Assembly (NCBI RefSeq): GCF_000143415.4
Contig: NW_003314284.1
Location: 1,745,715 to 1,809,714, forward strand
Reading direction: 5' to 3'
DNA length: 64,000 bases
From: Selaginella moellendorffii
Lineage: Eukaryota; Plantae; Lycopodiophyta
In this document: positions 43,627-55,970 of the stretch, in pieces
Layout of the letters: every line of letters begins with the position of its first letter
Position numbering within the stretch: position 1 is the stretch's first letter
Made by a program: the position numbers and the translations under genes
Notes under the pieces: generated by a model
What the model saw: the letters and a program-made list of their open reading frames with translations, nothing else
Database searches by the model: none
What the model was told of the DNA's origin: nothing

Positions 43627-45819
43627 TCAGTGCTTTGGCAAGGAGTGATTCAAAGCCTGATACGTGAATGCGTCGGGCGCTATCCCTCTGCACGACATCT
43701 CCTCGAACAGCCCAAATGCCTCGGTCACCCTCTTGGCCCTGAAGAGACTTCCAATCAGTGTGTTGTAAGTGATGATGTTGGGAGAAATGCCAGCGTCCAC
43801 CATGCTCTTGAGGAGCTCAAACGCTGCCGCCAAGTTGTGACCCTTGCAGTACCCGTCGATGAGAGCGTTGTAAGAGCACACGTCCCGAGCCACACCCCGG
43901 TCATCCATAGCTTGAAAGAACTTCACAGCTTCTTCCAGCCTCCCGGCCTTGCACAGCCCGTCCACGACGATGTTGTAAGTAAAACAATCAGCTTCCATCC
44001 CTGCCTCTAGCATCTCTTCGAAGAACTGGCAAGCCTCGTCCGGTTCTCCGCCTTTGAAGATCCCATCGAGCAAGCAGTTGTAAGCGACCAAGTCCTCTGC
44101 GTCTTTCACGTCGTCGAAAACCTGTCTAGCCTCGAGTATCCTGCCTGCCTTGCAGAGACCATCGATGAGGCTTGTGTAAGTCACCACGTCTGGAACAGCC
44201 GTGGCGTGGTGCTTCCGAGCATTGGCTTCCTTATACAAAGCGTAGGCCTCCTCCGGCTTCCCAGATTTGCACAGGCCTTCTATAAGAGCACCGTAGGCGA
44301 GATCGTCGGGAACGTGTCCTTGTTGAACCATCATGTCAAACAAATGCCGAGCCTCGATGATCCTGTCCGCCTTGCAAAACCCGTCAATGAGAATGCTGTA
44401 AGTCACTACGGTGGGAACGATACCTTTGGCAAACATCTGACGGTAGTACCAGTGGCCCTTGTCTACCATCCCCGACTTGCAAAGCCCGGCAATGACCGCA
44501 TTATACGTAACCTCGTCCACGGAAGATCCATACTCGACCAGCTTGTGCAAAACACCGCAAGCATCCGCCACCCTTCCAGACTTGCAAAGTCTGTCAATGA
44601 CGCCAGTGGAAGTAGCAGGACCGGCAACGCAGCCGTTCTCAACCATCTGGTTTAGATAAACCAAGGCCTCGTCGAGCTTGCCGATCTTGGCGAGACCACT
44701 GATGAGAGCCGTGTAGACGAAAGCATCCGGACGGCAGCCATTGCCCAGCATGTCCACGAAGATCCTCCGGGCCTCTTCCACCCTGCCAGCTTTCGAGAGG
44801 CCATCGATCACGACGGTGTAAGTTTTGAGCGTCGGCGAGTTCCCCTTCTCGACCATCTGCTCGAGGATAGCCATCGCCTCGTCAAGCCTCCCAGCCTTGA
44901 GGAGGCCGTCGACGAGCGCCGTGTAAGTGACCGTCGTTGGCAAGCACTTCTTCTCGTCCATCTTCTTGAGGAGCTGGAAGGCATCGTCTACCCTCTCGGC
45001 CTTGCAAAGCCCATCGATGAAAACGTTGTACGTGACATAGTCGGGCTCACACCCGGCTCTTACAGCTCGCTCGAGCACCGAGAAGGCCTCGTCCAGCCTC
45101 TTCTCCCGGCAGAGGCCGTTGATCACCACCGTGAAGGCCACCATGTCCGGCGAGCATGGCATCTCGTCCAGCAGCAGCATCGCTCGATCGAGCTGCCCGG
45201 TTTTGCACAGCCCATTTAGAAGCGCAGTGCAAACGCGGGTGTCCACCAGTTTGCGATCGATCATCTCGCGGTAGAGACTCCAGGCCTCCTCGATCTGCCG
45301 CTGCCTGCACAGGCCGTGGAGCATCGCGGTGTAGAGGCGGCGATCCGGCGGCACCTTGTTTTGCCTCATCTCCCGGAAGAGCTCGAGCGCCTGGTCGGCC
45401 TCGCCGATCTTGCAGAACTCCACGATGAGCGTGGCGTAGATCGCCTGGTTGGGCCTGCAAGACGGGGCCAGGAACTCTCGGTAGATTTTGAGCGCCTCCC
45501 AGGGCTTGCGCGCCGCGAAGAACACCTCCAGCAGCGCATTGCCGGTGGAATTGGAGTGCCCTACCTTGGAGACAGCCCAGCGAGCGAACTCCCAGGCGAT
45601 CCCCGGATCCTTCAAGCGCTGCAGCACGGCGGAGACCGTGGATTGCGTGACATTACCCTGGAAATCCTGGAGCGAGGTGCCTACATTCGCCGTCTTCACA
45701 TTCTCGAGCAGCGCCTGGATCGCCGCCACCTGTGGATCACGATCGCGAACTCTGCTGCTGTAATGCGCGATCTTCCTGGATCCAGGTGCGAGGAAGAATC
45801 GCTTGAGCAGCCATGGCAT
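43627..45819 (-). CDS. P-class PPR protein, intronless
   Basis: Long run of 35-aa repeats (PDYVTYNVFIDGLCKAERVDDA..). First ATG at 45819 (MPWLLKRFFL, mitochondrial-like presequence). Confidence 0.95.
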   Translation of the reverse strand: MPWLLKRFFLAPGSRKIAHYSSRVRDRDPQVAAIQALLENVKTANVGTSLQDFQGNVTQSTVSAVLQRLKDPGIAWEFARWAVSKVGHSNSTGNALLEVFFAARKPWEALKIYREFLAPSCRPNQAIYATLIVEFCKIGEADQALELFREMRQNKVPPDRRLYTAMLHGLCRQRQIEEAWSLYREMIDRKLVDTRVCTALLNGLCKTGQLDRAMLLLDEMPCSPDMVAFTVVINGLCREKRLDEAFSVLERAVRAGCEPDYVTYNVFIDGLCKAERVDDAFQLLKKMDEKKCLPTTVTYTALVDGLLKAGRLDEAMAILEQMVEKGNSPTLKTYTVVIDGLSKAGRVEEARRIFVDMLGNGCRPDAFVYTALISGLAKIGKLDEALVYLNQMVENGCVAGPATSTGVIDRLCKSGRVADACGVLHKLVEYGSSVDEVTYNAVIAGLCKSGMVDKGHWYYRQMFAKGIVPTVVTYSILIDGFCKADRIIEARHLFDMMVQQGHVPDDLAYGALIEGLCKSGKPEEAYALYKEANARKHHATAVPDVVTYTSLIDGLCKAGRILEARQVFDDVKDAEDLVAYNCLLDGIFKGGEPDEACQFFEEMLEAGMEADCFTYNIVVDGLCKAGRLEEAVKFFQAMDDRGVARDVCSYNALIDGYCKGHNLAAAFELLKSMVDAGISPNIITYNTLIGSLFRAKRVTEAFGLFEEMSCRGIAPDAFTYQALNHSLPKH

Positions 45820-46024
45820 TTGGGGCGACCTAAATGCCAAAACCCCTCAAGAACCCTAATTTGTTTTTATTTTGCCCTTCCCCCCCCCGTTAATTTCGGC
45901 GACGCGTGTGGTCTGATCGACACGCGCCTCTCCTGCCGATTTGCATGCTGCATGTCAGCGTCGCATCTAGGCAAGGATATGAGGATGATCCAAGCGATGA
46001 TCCACTGTGTCTTGCCCTATCTCC

Positions 46025-47538
46025 ATGGCATCGGTCGCAATTGGGGTTTTCCTCGCTGTCCTTGCCGCCATTTGCAATGGCACCTTCACGATCTTCTCCA
46101 AGATGGAGGCGGTGAGGAGAGCGCGCGTTGATCCACTCATCTTCAACTTCTGGGCATGGTAAGCTAGCCGATCGATCGAAATTTTTCTTTTTCTAGGAGT
46201 TTGCTTTTAGCATTGGAATCGCGGTGACGAGCTTCCTGGCATTGATCTTCGTGCACAAGCTGGTTTTTACTCCTCTGGGACTTCTCAGTGGGCTCTTCTT
46301 CGTCGTCTCGGCCGCCAATGCCTACCGAGCTGTGCGATTGATCGGCGTCTCAGGTTTTCCATTCTCGTTTCCAGAGAGCTCATGAGATGTTTTTTGGATT
46401 TTCGCAGTTGGCACTGGCATTTGGTGTGGAACCGCTGTTGTTGGTATGTAAACTTAAAACTCCTCGCGATTTTAGCTCAAGTTTGGATTGTTTTTGTCCC
46501 AGTTTCTTTCCTCGCTGGCTTGATCTTTGATCCTCACGGGCATGTCCGAAGCTTGGCTTTGGCCATCATAGGCATGTTGATTCTTCTAGCAGGAATTTGT
46601 AAGATCGTCGTCCTCCATATTTTCCTTCGGTGCTCACGCTTTTCTTTTTTGGTCAGGCTCTTTGGCCGCAGCTGGACATATGGGCCGCGTAGCGACTGGT
46701 CGAGAAGACGAACTAGACACGCTACTCTATCGTCCAGTACGTCAACTAGCTCATGTCTGTGAGTTCTAAGTTCTTGTAAAGAGTGGTGAGGACAGGATTA
46801 GCGACAACTTCACTCATGGAGTCATCGCAGCAGTCTTGGCTGGAATTCTGGGAGGTCTAGTCATGGTAAAGGTCAAAGTTCTCACCACAGTTTTGTCCTT
46901 TGACTCGTAAAATGCTTTTCTTTTACAAGCTTCCGATGACCAGAGCGAAACACGCAGCTAGAGTAAGCAAGCATTCGATACCTTCTTTGGTATTCCAGGA
47001 ACTAATGAGAACTTGATTCTCAGGGACTCACCTATCTTCCATCGTTTGCAATCGGAGTTCTCATATTTGCACCCATAGTGACTGTTATTCCATACTTGTC
47101 CGCGACCAGCCGAACATGGCCGCCGCTCAATCCGAAAGTTGCTTCTGGACCAGGGCTCGTCTCGGGCCTTATTTGGAACATAGGTGAGGAGTTTTGTTTC
47201 ACTCCAGGAATCTCGAAGGCTCAATTTTTTCACAGGAAACGCGCTTAGCATCCTGAGCATTCTCTACGTCGGCTACACAGTAGCTTATCCCATGTAAGTT
47301 TTCTTTCGATTTTTTTTTTTTTCTAGTTGTAGATAGATAGGATCTAGAGTGTTGTGATCAAATGATCTTCTTTCGATTGATATCTTCGTTTCTTCGCAGA
47401 ATGCAATGCGGGATCTTCGTCGCTGGTTTGTGGGGTATGTTCCTGTTTGGAGAGATCTCTGGAAACGCTGCTTCGCTCTTCTGGGGATCGGGAGCCATGG
47501 TTCTCATAGGAATTGTATTGCTCGCATTGGCCAAGTAA
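46025..47538 (+). CDS. Multi-pass membrane protein, TMEM144/DMT-superfamily-like, multi-exon
   Basis: MASVAIGVFLAVLAAICNGTF..VDPLIFNFWAC; IGVSVGTGIWCG; VGYTVAYP; VAGLWGMFLFGEI..GIVLLALAK*. Confidence 0.7.
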
Positions 47539-47613
47539 AAATAACATAAAGGAAAAATTTCTTAAAGCCCAATTATTCTTTTGTTAATGCATCGCCTTTT
47601 GCATCGGACGGCT

Positions 47614-47680
47614 GTTCGTGAAGCTTCTAGGGCCTTCGAAGGCTTTCAAAGGGGGCTTTTAACCCTTTTTCCAGTATAAA
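47614..47680 (+). promoter_or_regulatory. Heat-shock element and TATA box of the DnaJ gene
   Basis: TTCgtGAAgcTTC at 47615-47627 with further in-register TTC at 47635 and 47645; TATAAA at ~47675, ~55 bp before the ATG. Confidence 0.75.
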
Positions 47681-47731
47681 TTAAAACAACGACGAGCTAG
47701 GGTTTGTGTCGAGGAGCACAGATCTAGAGCT

Positions 47732-49335
47732 ATGTTTGGGCGCGGGCCAAGGCGGAGCAACGAGACCAAGTATTACGACATCCTTGGCGTCTCCAAGGAT
47801 GTGTCGCCGGAGGATTTGAAGAAGGCGTACCGGAAGGCCGCCATCAAGAATCACCCGGACAAGGGAGGCGATCCCGAGCAGGTACGGTGCTTTGTTTGCC
47901 GGATTTCTCTTTTCTCATGCCTGGGATTGCCGGTGATCCCCAGTTCAAGGAGATTTCGCAAGCGTACGAGGTGTTGAGTGATCCCGAGAAGAAGGAAATC
48001 TATGATCAGTATGGCGAGGAGGGTCTCAAGGAGGGCATGGGCGGCCCCAGCGCCGGAAGCCCTTTTGATATCTTCGAGTCGCTCTTCAGTGGTGGTACGT
48101 TGTGTGTCTGGTGTGGTTGTTTTGGATTGAAAAGGAAGGAAATTTTCCAGGCGGTGGCAGTAGAGGCGGCAGCCGAAAGAGGAGAGGCGAGGATGTGGTT
48201 CATACCTTAAAGGTTTCCCTCGAGGATCTCTACAACGGCACGTCAAAGAAGCTTACATTGTCACGGAACATACTTTGTCCAAGCTGCAAAGGGTATGATC
48301 GACATCGTTTGTTCTTGTTCTTAAACTTCCTTTTCTTCAATGCAGAAAGGGCTCGAAGTCTGGGAATTCTTCAAAGTGTACCGGTTGCCGTGGCACTGGA
48401 ATGAAGATATCTGTCCATCAAATCGGCCCTGGAATGATTCAACAGATGCAGAAAGTTTGCAACGATTGCCGGGGTTCGGGTACGTTTTGCCTTTCTCCTT
48501 TTTCCAGTGTGCAGTCTACTCACGCGTTCACACGATTCCAGGAGAGACCATCAACGAGAAAGACAAGTGCCCCCAGTGCAAGGGCAACAAGGTTGTCCTT
48601 CAAGAGAAGAAGCTTCTAGAGGTTTTTGTCGAGAAGGGAATGTCTCACAATCAAAAGATTACTTTCCAAGGAGAGGCCGACGAAGCGGTAAGTTAGCTTA
48701 GCATGTTTTGGACGATGGGCCCCTGAATGACGAATGTACTGTGCTTTGGCAGCCGGACACAATCACCGGGGACATCATCTTCGTTTTGCAACAGAAGGAG
48801 CATCCCAAGTTCAAGAGGAAGGGCGACGATCTCTTTCTGGAGCACAGCCTCTCTTTGCTGGATGCTCTCTGCGGTTTCCAGTTCACCATCACTCACCTCG
48901 ACGGCAGGCAACTCCTCGTCAAGTCGAGACCGGGCGAGATTATCAAACCAGGTATGCAAATCACTTAGTGTAGCTCTCAGGCTTCTCTAAACGTATGTCT
49001 CCTCTCTTTCAGGCCAATTCAAGGCTATCAACGATGAAGGAATGCCTCACCACCAGAGACCCTTCATGAAGGGAACCCTGTACATCCACTTCTCGGTCGA
49101 CTTCCCCGAGTCTGGGAGCCTCACTCCGGAGCAATGCAAGGCTTTGGAAGCAGTGCTGCCGCCGCGGCCGTCGAGCCAGCTGACGGAGATGGAGCTGGAC
49201 GAGTGCGAGGAGACTACGCTCCACGACGTGAATCTGGAGGAGGAGATGCGGAAGAAGCAGCAGCAGCAGCAACAGGAAGCGTACGACGAGGACGACGAAC
49301 CGGCTGGACCAAGAGTCCAGTGCGCTCAGCAGTGA
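47732..49335 (+). CDS. DnaJ: Type I DnaJ/Hsp40 co-chaperone (J2/J3-like), farnesylated
   Basis: J domain with HPDKGG, four CxxCxGxG-type motifs, C-terminal CAQQ. Confidence 0.97.
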
Positions 49336-49540
49336 GAAGGATATGATCGAGGTCCCCCGTGATAAAAAAGATTTGAGTCTCTATGTCGTAGAGAACCATT
49401 TTGCGAATATACTTCATTTTTTATTTAGTATGATCAATGAAGTTGAGAGACCAACTTGGTCTACTCCGTTGTAGTGTTTTGATTTGTTGTCGTGTTTTGT
49501 CACTTAAAAAGAGATTGCGAAGAGACACTTGGGGAGAGCA

Positions 49541-50550
49541 ATGGCTGTTGATGATGGAAGCCCGGAAGTGCTATGGAAGACTAGTAATGCTTCTAGTAGT
49601 GATGGTAGGAATAGGAAAGAAGCTTTGGATGGGAGCCCGGAAATGTTATGGAAGACTAATAGTGTTTCTAGTAGAGGTAATAGGAATAGGAAAGAAGCTC
49701 TAGATGCCTTCTACGAGCAAATGGCTTGGCAGCAGGATCTCACGCTCAAGGACTTGGTTTTGAGCGAAACTCCGTTGAATCCAGCCCCTGGAGCTCCACC
49801 TCCAAAAGATTCAACTCCTCCAGTAGCTCCAATTCGTTCAGCTCCAAATCTTTCTCCAGCTCCAGTTCCAGTTCCAGTGAGTCCTCCCAAGATGGCGACT
49901 GTGTACGAGGAAGTGGAGTGTGAGGAGCGGCAATCGCCTCGAAAGAGTTCCACTGTGGGAGAGCTGCTTGGAAATAGAGAGGACTATATTGTGTTGTCTG
50001 GGAGATCTAGAGCTCCATCTCGGCCCCGGGTAGTGACAAAGCTATGTGGGGTTTTTACACCTCGGACTCTACCTCGGACTGGGAATCGAAACTTCGACAA
50101 CAAACGGTGTACCAAGTGTGGGGAGAAGCCACTGTGGTTGAAAACGAGGTGTCTGGTAAGTGTGGCCGTGTGGCCGTGTGTATGTGATGAGATTATCCTT
50201 GGATGGAATTCTAGTTTGATCGATGGTTCTTTCTTCCAGGTTTGTGGTAAGCTATATTGTAGGAAGTGCGTGGACAAGGGAATGGGTGACCAGGTGGATG
50301 GACCAAAGTGCGTAAAGTGCATTGGCTATAGGCCAAACGAAAGGTCTGGTTATCTGGGAGCTTTGGATCATGAAATTTCTATCATTCTTGTTGCAGATAT
50401 CTGGAGAAGAAGGCCAGCACTTGGAAACAATCGCTCAAACTCGTCACCCAAAACCTGGGTTCTCTCAAGAAGACGCAACAAATGGCCCCCAAGAACAGCG
50501 GCGGTGATCACGGTGGAAACATAAAGACAAGGAAAATCAATGTACGGTGA
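49541..50550 (+). CDS. Pro-rich protein with XLG-type cysteine-rich domain but no G-alpha domain, 3 exons
   Basis: Spliced: CTKCGEKPLWLKTRCL|VCGKLYCRKCVDKGMGDQVDGPKCVKCIGYRPNER|YLEKKASTWKQSLK...INVR*. Confidence 0.65.
49553..49705 (+). repeat. In-frame 75-bp tandem duplication
   Basis: DGSPEVLWKTSNASSSDGRNRKEAL / DGSPEMLWKTNSVSSRGNRNRKEAL. Confidence 0.9.
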
Positions 50551-51161
50551 CAAACATTTGGAAATCGATCGCTCTTAGTCAACCGCGCCGTATCAAAGCG
50601 GTCGAATATACCCTCATGCATAAGTTAAAAGATCTCATCATCGTGCATCATGCTATAATGCACGCCATGTTGCACGCAGATTCAGACGTGGCAGCTTGCT
50701 ATTGGTCCATTTGGGGTATGTCCGGGCCCCACGGCCAGCCGTCCACGTGTAACAGATCCGACGGCCCAGGGTTGAGAATCTTTGCGCTTCCCTCCTCCCT
50801 CCGAGTGCGTAGTTACTAGTGGTATAGCTAGCCAGAGTATGAGAGAGGAGGGCAATGGACGGTACTTTTGCTGTTCTTGTTGCCCCGGGGCGAGGGCACG
50901 GCGGCAGCGAGGAGCAATTCGGTGCGATGGCGCCGTGGTGTTCTTGGCGCGCGGAGTGAGCGCCGCTCGCTGGACCGAGCGTTTTTGGCGATGGATCCAT
51001 CGGCAGGGTAGGGGTCTAGGTATTTCGGGGTTGCCATTTTTTTAGAGGAGGCAGTGCCTATTCTGGTCGTGGAATGAGTGTAGAGGAATTGCCGGGCTTT
51101 TGATTGATCTCCTCCTTGCTCCAGGGAGCGATCGGAGTGAGGAATTTTGGGAAAGGATGCG

Positions 51162-52995
51162 ATGAGTACCATAAAGCTGGGGGCAAATGCCAATCTCTCG
51201 GAGGCGAAAGGCCGCTCTTGGTTCGTGGCATTGGGATTTTCGTTTGTGGATGGTCTTGATTTCTCGGGTTTTAGGTGCGTGGCGACGGAGCTACAAAGTG
51301 ACATCGTGGTGGAGGTGAAAGATGTGAGATTCCATCTTCACAAGGTATTCTTTTCTTGTTTCTTGGGCGATGAAAGCTTACATTGCTTGCAACCAAAGTT
51401 TCCACTGCTTTCTAGGAGCGGCCTTCTCAACCGCTTGGTGTTTGAGTCCCGGGACACGCAAAAGAACCGGATACGACTGGACGAAGTTCCCGGCGGCCCC
51501 GAGGCGTTCGAGCTGGCAGCAAAGTTCTGCTATGGAATGCCCGTCGACATGGACGCCTCCAACGTGGCGGCGCTGTGGTGTGCCGCGGTTCACCTGGAGA
51601 TGACGGAGGATCTGGAGGACGGGAACCTCGTGTCCAAGGCCGAGGCTTTTTTCAACACCGTCGTCTTGGGATCGTGGAAGGACTCGGTGACAGTGTTGCT
51701 GAGCTGCGGAAAAATTCACGCCTGGGCCGAGAGGCTGATGATCGTCCAGAGGTGCACGGAATCCATAGCATGGAAGGCTTGCACAGATCCGCGGGGTGTC
51801 CGGAGTAGTCACGGCAGTAGGATGGGATCGAGAGCTCAGAGCCCGAGCAGGAGGAGCATGGATCTGAGTAGCAGCAACAAACAGGAGCTCATGAAAGAGT
51901 GGTGGTTTGACGATCTTCTCAAGCTTCCAGTTGACTATTTCAAAAAGGTGATGGCCGCGGTACGGGTGAAAGGGATGAAGCTGGAGCTGATTGCTGGTGC
52001 GGTCGCGCTCTACGCTTTGAGCTGGCTTCCCCGGCGCTCCGAGATCGAGTACGACCAGCATTCGTTTCGAGGCAAAGGAAGGCTTCTCCTGGAACAGGTC
52101 CTGAGCATGCTTCCTCGGGGGAAGGACTTGGTTCCCAGCCGGTTTCTCATGCACTTGATCCGGATGGCGCACCTCCTGGAGGCCGACTTGCCTTGCAAGA
52201 TCGACCTCGAGCAGCGCGCAGGTACGCAGCTGGACAGCGCAGCATTGAGCGACTTGCTCGTGCCGGCGCTCGACGCGAGCAGCTGCTGTGGACTCAAGGT
52301 TGACGTTGATCTAGTGCAGAGGCTCGTCGAGCACTTTGTGAGGCAAGACGAGATCGTCACGAGCAACTATGGGAGCGGCAACTCGGTGGTGCTGGATCAT
52401 CGAGTGAGGGTGGCGACTCTGGTGGACAATTACCTGGCCGAGATCTCGCAGGACAGGAACTTGAGCGTAGCGAGGTTCAAGGCTCTCGCTGAGGCTCTCC
52501 CGGACTCTTACCGCGCTTCGCACGATTATCTCTACACCGCCATCAATATCTTCCTCAAGGTGGAGTGCCAGCTCCATAGCTCTTGTGACTTAAGAAAAGC
52601 TTGTGACTTTGCAGGTCCATCCGGAGCTCAAGGACGAAGAACGCAAGGATCTGTGCCAGCTTCTGGACTGTAAGCGGCTGTCCCTCCATTCCTCGATGCA
52701 CGCCGCGCAGAACGAGCGCCTCCCGCTGCGAACCGTGATGCAGATCCTCTTTTTCGAGCACCTCAAGCTCAAGAACAGCAGCCAGGCGAATCAGAAGCTG
52801 CCGATGGAGGTTCCCAAGATCGAGGGGGGAGGAACCGCGGCGCTCCAGCAGGAGATCCGGACGATCCGGTGCGAGCTGGAGCAAATGAAGGCCGACTTCT
52901 CCGAGTTCCAGAACCACTTCCGGAGCCTCAAGCTCGAGAAACAAAATAGCGATGTCAGGTCCAAGCTTAAGAAATTGGGTGTAAGGATCTACTGA
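51162..52995 (+). CDS. BTB/POZ-NPH3 (NRL family) protein, 4 exons
   Basis: FHLHK|FPLLSRSG, PGGPEAFELAAKFCYG, WWFDDL, YLAEISQD, HAAQNERLPLR. Confidence 0.95.
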
Positions 52996-53353
52996 CGAGA
53001 GGAAGAATATAAAAGAGAAAAACGTTCGTCTCTCATCTCTTTCTTTACGTTCATATCTCCTGGGCATCCACGTAGACATCCCGCTTGTTTCGTTTAAAAC
53101 AGCTACACGCGCTCTGGGCCGTCAGATTGATCTCCTGCGCCTTGAGAGCCGTCGATCTCTCCCGTTCGCACGTGAAAACCACATGGACTCGAGGCTGCTA
53201 GCCGGGAATTTTCGCTGCTAGCTAGCGCTAGGGTTCTTGCGCTGGAGGGAGAGAAAAGGTAATATTTGTCCGCTACCGCTGACGCTACCGAGCATTGTCT
53301 CTCGTCTTTGTGGACGTAGGTTTGTGAAATTCCTGCGCCGCCTCGACGATCGA

Positions 53354-55970
53354 ATGCCGAAGGGTGAAACCGCGACGATCGCCGATGATAGCGATCCAGG
53401 GAAGAGCAAGAGCTGCCAGGAAGATCCTTCTCTTGCTCCTCCTCCTCGGGATCCTCCTCATCCATCGCCTCCTCTCCCGGCGGTGGCGCTGGCCGATCTG
53501 GAGAAGGATCTCTCGTGTCCAGTATGTTTCCAGACGTTGAGAGATCCATTTCTCACGGCTTGCGGACACAGCTTTTGCTACTCGTGTGTTTCGACGCACT
53601 TGAACGGGAGGAATAGCTGCCCTTGCTGCTCCAGTTACCTCACCACGAAGCTCATGTATCCCAACGTTCTTCTCGGGAAGGTCTGGAATTTTCTAGAGGT
53701 TTCTTAGATTTTTACGAGATTTCATGTCTTTGGCTTGTTATGATCCAGGTCGTGAGAGAGCTCCAGACACTAAAATCTCTGACTCGAGGTTCTCCCACAG
53801 AGAACTTACGAGTCGCTCTCCAGCATGTCGGTGGCTGAAGTTTTCTCGTACTGTTTTCACTTTTTCCCACTTTACTTTTGTCCCTTTTGTTTTTACAGGG
53901 AGCTCATGATATGTCGCTCAAGGAAATCGACTTTCTGCTCAACCTTCTCTCGGATAGAAAGATGAAGTCACAACACAGAGAGGCCGAGGAGAATATGGAT
54001 TATTTGCTTGAGTTTTTCCACGAGTTGAAAAGGCGAAAGCAACTTGAACTTGACAAGGTCAGTAAAATTTGATGCTTTTCGAAATAACGATTTGGGCTTT
54101 TATTGATCTCTGAATGCAGGTGAAGGAAGATATGAGAGCCTTGAAGAATGACTTGTTGTCGCTGAGACAAGAAAGAAGCCAACTCCAGCAACAGAAGAAA
54201 TCGTATCTGACAGCATTTTCTGGAGCTAAAATGTCTGCGAGCTCAACGAGCTCTGGAATTTCTCAGAATTCTGTTGCCAAGTTGCTGCAGCCGACTCCTA
54301 AAAGAAGGAAAGCCATGGTTCTAATTGAGGTAAAGCGTCAAAGTGTTGTGAAGAACTATTTGATATTTTATACTCCGCCATTTGTTGCAGCAATATGACC
54401 TGTTTCGAGAAATCTACATAGACGAGATTAGACGTTGCCAATCCAGAGGCAGTTATGGTTCTGGATTAGACACCTTTCGCTCTGTTGTTTCAGGATTTTG
54501 TCGCTATAGGTATGATTTCTCAATGTACCTCAAGGCATTCCAAGAACTGACAATGCTGCAGAAAACTACATGTATTATCGGAAACTCAATCAGGAGGTCT
54601 GTCAAATTCCTCAAACATCGTATCTGGGTATGCCGTTGTGCATTTTCTGAAGCTCACATCTCAAGCGCAAGCATTCTGTGCAGCCTCGATTTTGATCCCG
54701 GTGACGAGTTCTTTGTAACAGCGAGTGTCTCGGGATATTTGCGGGTGTTCGAGTTTCCGAAGGTAAATATGAGTTTCTTACGAATCTTGCAACCGGGTAG
54801 ACACAATGGCTTAACATCTGTAGGCTGTGAGATGGTCCCTTGTCGTGTGGAATCCAAGCCTTGAGCTACAGACAGGCAAGAAGCTAAGTTGCGTGAGCTG
54901 GGACAAGTTTTCCAAAAGCTGCGTCGCTACTAGCGATTACGACGGCATCATAAAGATCTGGGATATTAGTGCGTGCCAAGTAAGTAAAAGAATGGGGTCC
55001 TATCGATCGGCTCTGATATAAAAACCATTTCATTCAGAATACAGTCAATTATGACGAGCACGAAAGGCGGATATGGAGTGTTGATTTCTCGCCAATGGAG
55101 CCATCGCGGTTAGTCTCTGGAGGCGACGACGGCAAAGTTAGAAACAATTACTTCTTTTTTTACAGGATGATTTGAGTCAATCAATCTACCTTGCAGGTTA
55201 AGCTATGGAGCAAGGAGCTCAAGACGAGTGTCCTGACAGTCGAGGTTAAGGCAAACATTTGCTCAGTGACGTTCAATCCTATCTCGAGTAATTTAGTTGG
55301 GGTCCGTTTTTTTTCTCTCATATCTCTCTTCTGTTTTTGCTGTTAACTTCGCTGAAAATTTCAGGCAGGATCAGCGGACCACTGCATTTATTACTACGAT
55401 TTACGTCAGACAAAGTGCCCCTTGCATTTGTTCAAGGGCCATGAAAAGGCCGTCTCGTACGTCAAGTTTACGCCATCAAACGAGATGGTTTCCGCCTCTA
55501 CTGACGGAACGCTTCGGCTATGGAGCCTCGAAAGCTGGAATACCGTAAGCATCAATGAGATCTGATCAACGCGACGCTGATATATAATCATCTCAGACAC
55601 TGATGTTTCGCGATTATCTTCTTGCAGCTCCAGGTGTATAGAGGTCATACGAACGAAAAGAACTTTGTCGGGCTGTCTGTCACTTCTGATTACATCGCCT
55701 GTGGGAGCGAGACAAACGAGGTCTATGTTTACCACAAGGTAAGCCCGGTTTTTAGAGCTGCATTGTCAAGACGAAGTAGAACAAATCTCAATGGTGATGT
55801 TTCAGGGGATTCCAAAGCCGGCACTCAGCCATTTATTTGCGAGAAAGGACGCAGCTGACGATGATACACGACCGTTTGTCAGCGCCGTCTGCTGGAGGAG
55901 GAGTGATAGCCACACCATGCTGGCGGCAAGCAGCCAGGGGGAGATCAGAGCTCTCATGCTGGCGTCTTGA
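53354..55970 (+). CDS. COP1: COP1-like RING / coiled-coil / WD40 E3 ubiquitin ligase, multi-exon
   Basis: [23 protein letters not shown]; SDYDG; [12 protein letters not shown]; [11 protein letters not shown]; [13 protein letters not shown]; [14 protein letters not shown]; FVSAVCW. Confidence 0.92.

Noticed and set aside
15251-55970. Functional cluster of auxin, vascular and light genes (LAX, SACL, NPH3, COP1)
   Set aside because: They are interspersed with unrelated housekeeping genes; chance co-location in a compact genome is sufficient.
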